From an uncultured Verrucomicrobiae bacterium (GTDB taxonomy: Bacteria; Verrucomicrobiota; Verrucomicrobiia; Chthoniobacterales; JAFAMB01), in NCBI GenBank assembly GCA_963837955.1, contig CAWIPH010000002.1, positions 4,160,001 through 4,224,000 on the forward strand: a stretch of 64,000 nt of DNA, in the 5' to 3' direction. The position numbers were made by a program, and so were the translations under genes. Below, piece by piece: positions 57,108 to 64,000 of this stretch (positions are counted from its first letter, which is position 1; the number at the start of each line of letters is the position of its first letter). Under the pieces are notes generated by a model. It saw nothing but the letters and a program-made list of their open reading frames with translations. It did no database searches and was not told the DNA's origin.

Positions 57108-58163
57108 CTACCGGGATGGCATATCCTTCAAGAAGGCCCGCACGTTCTTTTGGATTTCCCGCAGCATCGCCGATCCTGATCCCATCCGCTCAACACCCTT
57201 TAACTCCCCAATAGAGGACGAAGAGATAAGATCACTCCTCCAAGCCAAAGTAGCCGCGCTTCCGTTAATAGTGATCGGCCACATCTGATAGAAAGTCACG
57301 TAGACATTCAGTTCACCGCTCGCGTAATACTCAATGTCCACGCCCTGCCAACCGTCGTTGACATTCTTCCCGTAAAAAGCCCCCAACGCCACAGCCGCTT
57401 CGTTGTCACCTTCAAATAAAGTCCAATATGAGCTCGGTGGCAGAGATCCTCGTCCACCACCAAGCGGAGTCGATTCTATGAGAGAGGAAAACTGTGAGCG
57501 AGTTTTGCTGTCTTCTCGAATCAACCTGTTCAATTCTTCGCCCGGTTTCAAACTGTTCCCACCCGTTTCGTAGGGTGATAGGCTACTCGCACCACCTGAC
57601 AGAAACTCTTTCGCTCTCTGAGAAAGTACTTGGCTCCAGAATGCGACCACGGATGCGGGCACATTCCCTTTTTCGCCGCCCGGCTGATATAAGCGGACCT
57701 CCTGCTTGCTAAGTTGCAATTTGGAAGGGTCGCCCGGAAGAGATTCGGTCGCTGCGACAAAGGCTTTCACGGAAGAGGTGTTGGGAGCTGAGCTCAACTT
57801 CTGGAAATCGTTTGGCGAGGGCGAGGAACCGATGTCCACCTGAAGAAAAGTCCGAAGTTCTGAGTGCCGGGCTGGATTCCATTGCTGCAGCCCGGCCGCG
57901 GCCTGGGGCACGGGAACATGGACTACGAACGCTGATTCAATAACAACGCCGCGGCTCAGGCCCATTTGTGGCCCTCGTTGGGCAAGAATTTCTCCGCTGG
58001 AAAGGCGATTCAAGTCTGCGTCCTTGAAGACCGAAATTCCTCGTAGATCGCTCAGGGCATCACCGTAAGCGCCTCCGGCTGCAAAGAAAATCAGCGCCAG
58101 TAAAGATATCGAGATCGAGCCGCGATGGTCGGCCCCATTCAGATAATCACGTAAGGGTCTCAA
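57108..58163 (-). CDS. Exported hypothetical protein
   Basis: Long ORF with hydrophobic N-terminal segment; first gene of the barrel-ABC operon; start uncertain. Confidence 0.75.
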   Translation of the reverse strand: MRPLRDYLNGADHRGSISISLLALIFFAAGGAYGDALSDLRGISVFKDADLNRLSSGEILAQRGPQMGLSRGVVIESAFVVHVPVPQAAAGLQQWNPARHSELRTFLQVDIGSSPSPNDFQKLSSAPNTSSVKAFVAATESLPGDPSKLQLSKQEVRLYQPGGEKGNVPASVVAFWSQVLSQRAKEFLSGGASSLSPYETGGNSLKPGEELNRLIREDSKTRSQFSSLIESTPLGGGRGSLPPSSYWTLFEGDNEAAVALGAFYGKNVNDGWQGVDIEYYASGELNVYVTFYQMWPITINGSAATLAWRSDLISSSSIGELKGVERMGSGSAMLREIQKNVRAFLKDMPSR

Positions 58164-58350
58164 AACGGCGCACGGTAGCCTTCACCGTTTTTAGGGTCAA
58201 TGTGAAATCCAAAATTGCCATGGTGGGCGACGTCAGCCAATCACCGTCATGGCGCCGGAAATGATTCCGTCTCAAAAAGCACCGCTTTAAGCCCGCGTTA
58301 TTTTTTTATTGTGCCTCTAGCGGTGTTACCTATGTTCAACCCTCTTCTCT

Positions 58351-60207
58351 ATGGATGCCGAGCTTCAAACCATGATCGATTCTCGCAATTTAACGCCTAA
58401 GGACGCTGCTATACTCGATCAGCTGAAACCCGGGACCTTCTGCCTGCACAAGAGTTGGGGGTTTGGCCAAGTACACGGCTGGAACTTGCTGCTGAATCAG
58501 ATCATCATCGATTTTCAGTCCAAGAAACAGCATGTAATGCAGCTGAAATATGCGACCGACTCGCTGCAACCGTTGGGGGAAGAGCATGTTCTAGTGCGCA
58601 AAGCGCTGGATGCCGAAGCTCTGAAAGTGCAGGCCCATAAAGACGTTCCAGCTCTGTTCGAACTGCTTCTTTCCAGCTTCGGAGGAAAAATCACCCCAGA
58701 CCAAATTCAGAAGGTAATGACACCGGATCTTCTTCCCGACACAGAGTTTAAGAAATGGTGGGAGAATGCCAAGAAAACGCTGCGCAAGGATGGAAGGTTT
58801 TCGATTCCGGCAAAGAAAACTGAGCCGATTACGATACGAGACCGGTCGGTTTCATACGCCGATGAGCTTCTGCAACAGTTCCAGCTGGCGCGTCAACTCA
58901 AGAGCCAGGCTGGAGTGCTCGAGAAGATCGCTAGAAATGGCGAAATTTTTGCGGGACAAGAGGAGAGCCTGCAGCCTATCGTTACTCAAGTCGATGAGAT
59001 CGCGGGCCGGAACATTCGGCTCAATCCTGCTCTCGCCATCGAACTATTGATCGTTCGAGATGAGCTGCTCCAGCGTTTTCCTAGCCTCGCACCTGGTTCA
59101 TTAAGCGTGGTTCAGCTGATGCGGGAACACGAAGCCCGCCTTCCGGATATTATTTCCCAAATTGCAGCTACCAAGCAGCGAAGAGTCCTGAACGACTATC
59201 TCGAAGCCTTCCCCAGCGATTGGGACTCTCGACTATTGCAGGCGCTGCCGCACGCTAGCTCGCGCGTAGCGGGCGAGATCGCCAGGATCTTTGTCGAGGA
59301 GAACCGCAAGGAGCAATTTCATCAATGGTTGGTGCGAGGCATTCGAGAACATTCCGTTTCGTCCGAGGTATTGACTTGGCTGGCCAAGGAACGAGGCGCC
59401 ACACACTTCTCGGAGCTCGTTGGGCCGGATTTGATCCCGGCTATGTTGAGCGCAATGGAACGCGAGCAATTCGGTGAGACACGTCGCAGCTCAAAATTGC
59501 ACGACCTTTTGATCGATGACAAAGACCTCATCCCCGACGTAATCGTTCAAACAGAAATCCCCCAAGCTCGCGATCTGATGCGACGCTTAATGACGAGTCC
59601 AGCATTCGAGGAGCTTAATCGGCGTTCGCTCATGGCTCGAATGATCAAGATTCATCCAGACCTTCAGACGATGCTGACTGGGGAAGCGGAGGAACGGGAT
59701 GAAGCGCTCATCGTTTCCTGGACGAGTTTGCAAAGGAAGAAGGAAGAGTACGACGAACTGATCACTAAGAAAATTCCGGAAAACACGAAGGAAATCGGTG
59801 TTGCTCGATCTTACGGCGATCTCCGCGAGAATTTTGAATTCAAGGCCGCCAAGGAGATGCAGAGCGTTTTGATGCGCCGGAAGGCTGAACTGGAACAAAT
59901 GCTCGAGCGCGCCAGAGGATCGAATTTTGAAAATGTGGACACCCAACAAGTCTCGGTTGGGACCGTCGTAACCGTTCGAGACTTGGAAACGGACTCTTCC
60001 GCCACTTATTCGATTTTGGGCGCGTGGGATAGTGAACCGGAAAAAGGTATCCTTTCGTACCAGACAGCGTTAGGCCAAGCACTTCTCGGGAAACATCCGG
60101 GTGAAGTTGCTGAACTCCCGACTGAATCCGGTTCTCGCCGCGTAGAGATTGTAGAGATCTTGGCTTACCGCGGTTTAGCGGTAGAGGAAGATTTCGCCAA
60201 AGTTTGA
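58351..60207 (+). CDS. greA: Transcription elongation factor GreA with long N-terminal extension
   Basis: C-terminal IGVARSYGDLRENFEFKAAKE..YSILGAWD..SYQTALG; about 450 aa N-extension as in PVC/spirochaete GreA. Confidence 0.9.
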   Translation: MDAELQTMIDSRNLTPKDAAILDQLKPGTFCLHKSWGFGQVHGWNLLLNQIIIDFQSKKQHVMQLKYATDSLQPLGEEHVLVRKALDAEALKVQAHKDVPALFELLLSSFGGKITPDQIQKVMTPDLLPDTEFKKWWENAKKTLRKDGRFSIPAKKTEPITIRDRSVSYADELLQQFQLARQLKSQAGVLEKIARNGEIFAGQEESLQPIVTQVDEIAGRNIRLNPALAIELLIVRDELLQRFPSLAPGSLSVVQLMREHEARLPDIISQIAATKQRRVLNDYLEAFPSDWDSRLLQALPHASSRVAGEIARIFVEENRKEQFHQWLVRGIREHSVSSEVLTWLAKERGATHFSELVGPDLIPAMLSAMEREQFGETRRSSKLHDLLIDDKDLIPDVIVQTEIPQARDLMRRLMTSPAFEELNRRSLMARMIKIHPDLQTMLTGEAEERDEALIVSWTSLQRKKEEYDELITKKIPENTKEIGVARSYGDLRENFEFKAAKEMQSVLMRRKAELEQMLERARGSNFENVDTQQVSVGTVVTVRDLETDSSATYSILGAWDSEPEKGILSYQTALGQALLGKHPGEVAELPTESGSRRVEIVEILAYRGLAVEEDFAKV

Positions 60208-60347
60208 AATAAAATCGTGGGCGCCCAAAATTGGACTGCCCTCGCCTGTCCTTAGAGACTTGGATCTAAAGGATGATCTTATCTCGCGGGCATCTGCATT
60301 AATTATCTTTGTTGAATTGCCTCATTTATCGGCATCCGCCGTCCTAA

Positions 60348-61999
<1,652 letters not shown>

Positions 62000-62005
62000 G
62001 TCTTT

Positions 62006-63235
62006 TCAACCTCGAGATTGCGCCGGCTGTAGATGCCACGTCTCCAAAGCTTCTCGATACGCTGATTCAAGCCGGCTGACTTGGCGAGATTGCTCGAAAG
62101 TTTCTGATACCTGGTAAGAAGCCGCTTTTCCAAGCTGACGCCACAATTCCGGATCAGAAGCCAATTTGACGAGTGCTGCGGCGAGACCCGGAACATCCTT
62201 TTCGGCCACCAAGTAGCCATGTCGGCCATCCTCAACCGCCTCCGGGATCCCGCCATGCCGGGTCGCGGCCACCGGCAATCCAGTAGCCATCGCCTCCAGC
62301 ATAGAATTCGGTACACCTTCCTGATTACCGTCTTCGGTGATGTGACTTGGGTGTACAAAAATATGCGCCCGCTCGAAAAGCGATCGGAGTCGAGCCTGAT
62401 CTAAAAAACCGGCCATTGTGACCGAGTTCTCCATTTGCAACTCCCGAATCTTATTCTCGATCGATCCATGGAGCGGTCCGTCGCCGGCAATCGTTAAATG
62501 AGCTAAGGGATATTTTTGCCGAAAGAGGCGAAACGCCTCTAGCGCGGTAAATAGTCCTTTTTTCGCAACCAGGCGGCAAGCCTGGATAAGCGACCAGCGT
62601 CCACTAACAGGAAAAGAGCGCTCCACCAAAGGAAAACCGTCGAGGGGAATGCCCGTTCGGTTCATCCGGATTTTTTGGGGATCACATCCGAGTTGCTGCA
62701 ATCGCTCCGCGATCGAATGGCTGCGAACCAACGTCAAAGGCACCAGTTGAAGTAACTCTCGTAACCGTTCCTCATAGCCCTTTTCCTTTGGCCGGTTCTG
62801 TACATCCATACCGTGGAAAGAGACGATACACGGTCGATCCCACCTCCGGATGAGCGGTAGAAGATGGACTCCGGTATTTCCAAAATAGATATGCATCAAA
62901 GCAGGGTCGCGCCGAATCAGAATCTTTCGACTCGCTTCATACTCGCCGCGGTAGAGCAAGGGCGGTCTTCTTTTCAGATATTTAAGGTACCCGCGCCGGA
63001 GCCAGCCCTGACGAGCGGGCGACAACATTTCAATGTCGCGAAATGGAAACAGGTCCGCATTCTGGCGGAATTTCGTGATTACAAACGTCTCAAAATTTAC
63101 CAGACCCGTAATCTGTCGGTAGATGTGCTGCATCTCGCCTTTAAGAAAAAAAGTACAATAACTGGCGACAACCGGTTTCGAAGGGTTCGAGGAGTTCAAG
63201 GAGTTTTGAAATTGCAAAATCGGTGGTGTGTACAC
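62006..63235 (-). CDS. GT4 glycosyltransferase (WcaL-like)
   Basis: VSFHGMD, RLVAKKG, EGVPNSMLEAMATGLPV..HGGIPE. Confidence 0.9.
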   Translation of the reverse strand: MYTPPILQFQNSLNSSNPSKPVVASYCTFFLKGEMQHIYRQITGLVNFETFVITKFRQNADLFPFRDIEMLSPARQGWLRRGYLKYLKRRPPLLYRGEYEASRKILIRRDPALMHIYFGNTGVHLLPLIRRWDRPCIVSFHGMDVQNRPKEKGYEERLRELLQLVPLTLVRSHSIAERLQQLGCDPQKIRMNRTGIPLDGFPLVERSFPVSGRWSLIQACRLVAKKGLFTALEAFRLFRQKYPLAHLTIAGDGPLHGSIENKIRELQMENSVTMAGFLDQARLRSLFERAHIFVHPSHITEDGNQEGVPNSMLEAMATGLPVAATRHGGIPEAVEDGRHGYLVAEKDVPGLAAALVKLASDPELWRQLGKAASYQVSETFEQSRQVSRLESAYREALETWHLQPAQSRG

Positions 63236-63335
63236 AAATGCCCTATTCCGATAGCCTGAACCACGTTGACCCTAAGACGACCAAATCGGGCGTCTCAATT
63301 CTGTAACTCCTGAACTCCTGGTACTAGTATCCAGC

Positions 63336-64000
63336 ATGGCCACGCTCCAGAACAGAATCGCAATCGTATACGATTATGATCAGACGCTAAGTCCTGCCTA
63401 CATGCAAGACGATGTGATTTTCCCGGCATTCGGCATTAACAGCGAAAAATTCTGGCGCCGATGCGCCGAGCTGGTGCAAACACAGAATTTTGATCAGGAA
63501 CTAGCGTACATGAAATGCCTTCTTGACTACCTGGCGTTGGATCGCCCAACCAATCAGCAGCTCCGAGAACTAGGCGCCAAAATGCAACTTTATAACGGCC
63601 TGCCCGAGATGTTCGAAGAATTCTCAGTCGGATTGTTGTCGTCAGATCACCTGGCATCCGGAATCCAAGTGGAACACTACGTGGTTTCATCTGGGCTGAA
63701 GATTTTGATCGAGGGGAGCAAGATCCGTCCCTATTTACGTGCAGTGTTTGGTTGCGAGTACGCTGAGGATCCCGACGGCCGGATCACTTTCCCGAAAAGG
63801 GTGATCAGTCACACCCAAAAGACGCAGTATCTTTTTCGAATCAACAAAGGCCTTCTGGATCTAGCTCAAGATGTAAACGACCACATGCCGGATGATATCC
63901 GCCCGATCCCCTTTCCTAACATGATTTACGTGGGAGACGGACCCACAGATGTCCCCTGTTTCACGATCATCAAGAAGAATGGCGGTCAAGCTATTGCAGT
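63336..64000 (+). CDS. HAD-like hydrolase (partial, runs off the window)
   Basis: MATLQNRIAIVYDYDQTLS motif I; VVSSG; KTQYLFRINKG; YVGDGPTDVPC. Confidence 0.85.
   Translation, partial: MATLQNRIAIVYDYDQTLSPAYMQDDVIFPAFGINSEKFWRRCAELVQTQNFDQELAYMKCLLDYLALDRPTNQQLRELGAKMQLYNGLPEMFEEFSVGLLSSDHLASGIQVEHYVVSSGLKILIEGSKIRPYLRAVFGCEYAEDPDGRITFPKRVISHTQKTQYLFRINKGLLDLAQDVNDHMPDDIRPIPFPNMIYVGDGPTDVPCFTIIKKNGGQAIA

Overview
Bacterial chromosomal window, most likely Verrucomicrobia/Chthoniobacterales-like (inferred from the N-terminally extended GreA, gene content and intergenic repeat style). About 14.6-64 kb is mostly core genome: ada/alkA-ogt, sucAB, a GldA/F/G-like ABC system with DUF4340, ubiE, tRNA-Leu(CAG), dnaN-dnaA with DnaA boxes (probable oriC), argA, ndk, pckG, ubiD, moaA/moaC/mog, mreBCD-mrdA-rng, greA and eno-ftsB. 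About 1-14.3 kb is an accessory region holding the most interesting system. It has three paralogous LytS-type membrane histidine kinases and one LytTR response regulator. One kinase is fused in frame to an ECF sigma factor whose usual anti-sigma partner appears reduced to a 7-codon stub. It also has two paralogous ~105-117 aa proteins of unknown function and a signal-peptide-bearing chorismate mutase. Eight copies of a conserved ~70 bp promoter-like element (21-bp-period direct repeat, A-tract and, in seven copies, TCTAYT about 29-32 nt downstream) tie these genes together, and two copies sit exactly at gene-truncation or fusion junctions. All functional assignments come from motif recognition by eye; no database searches were run.
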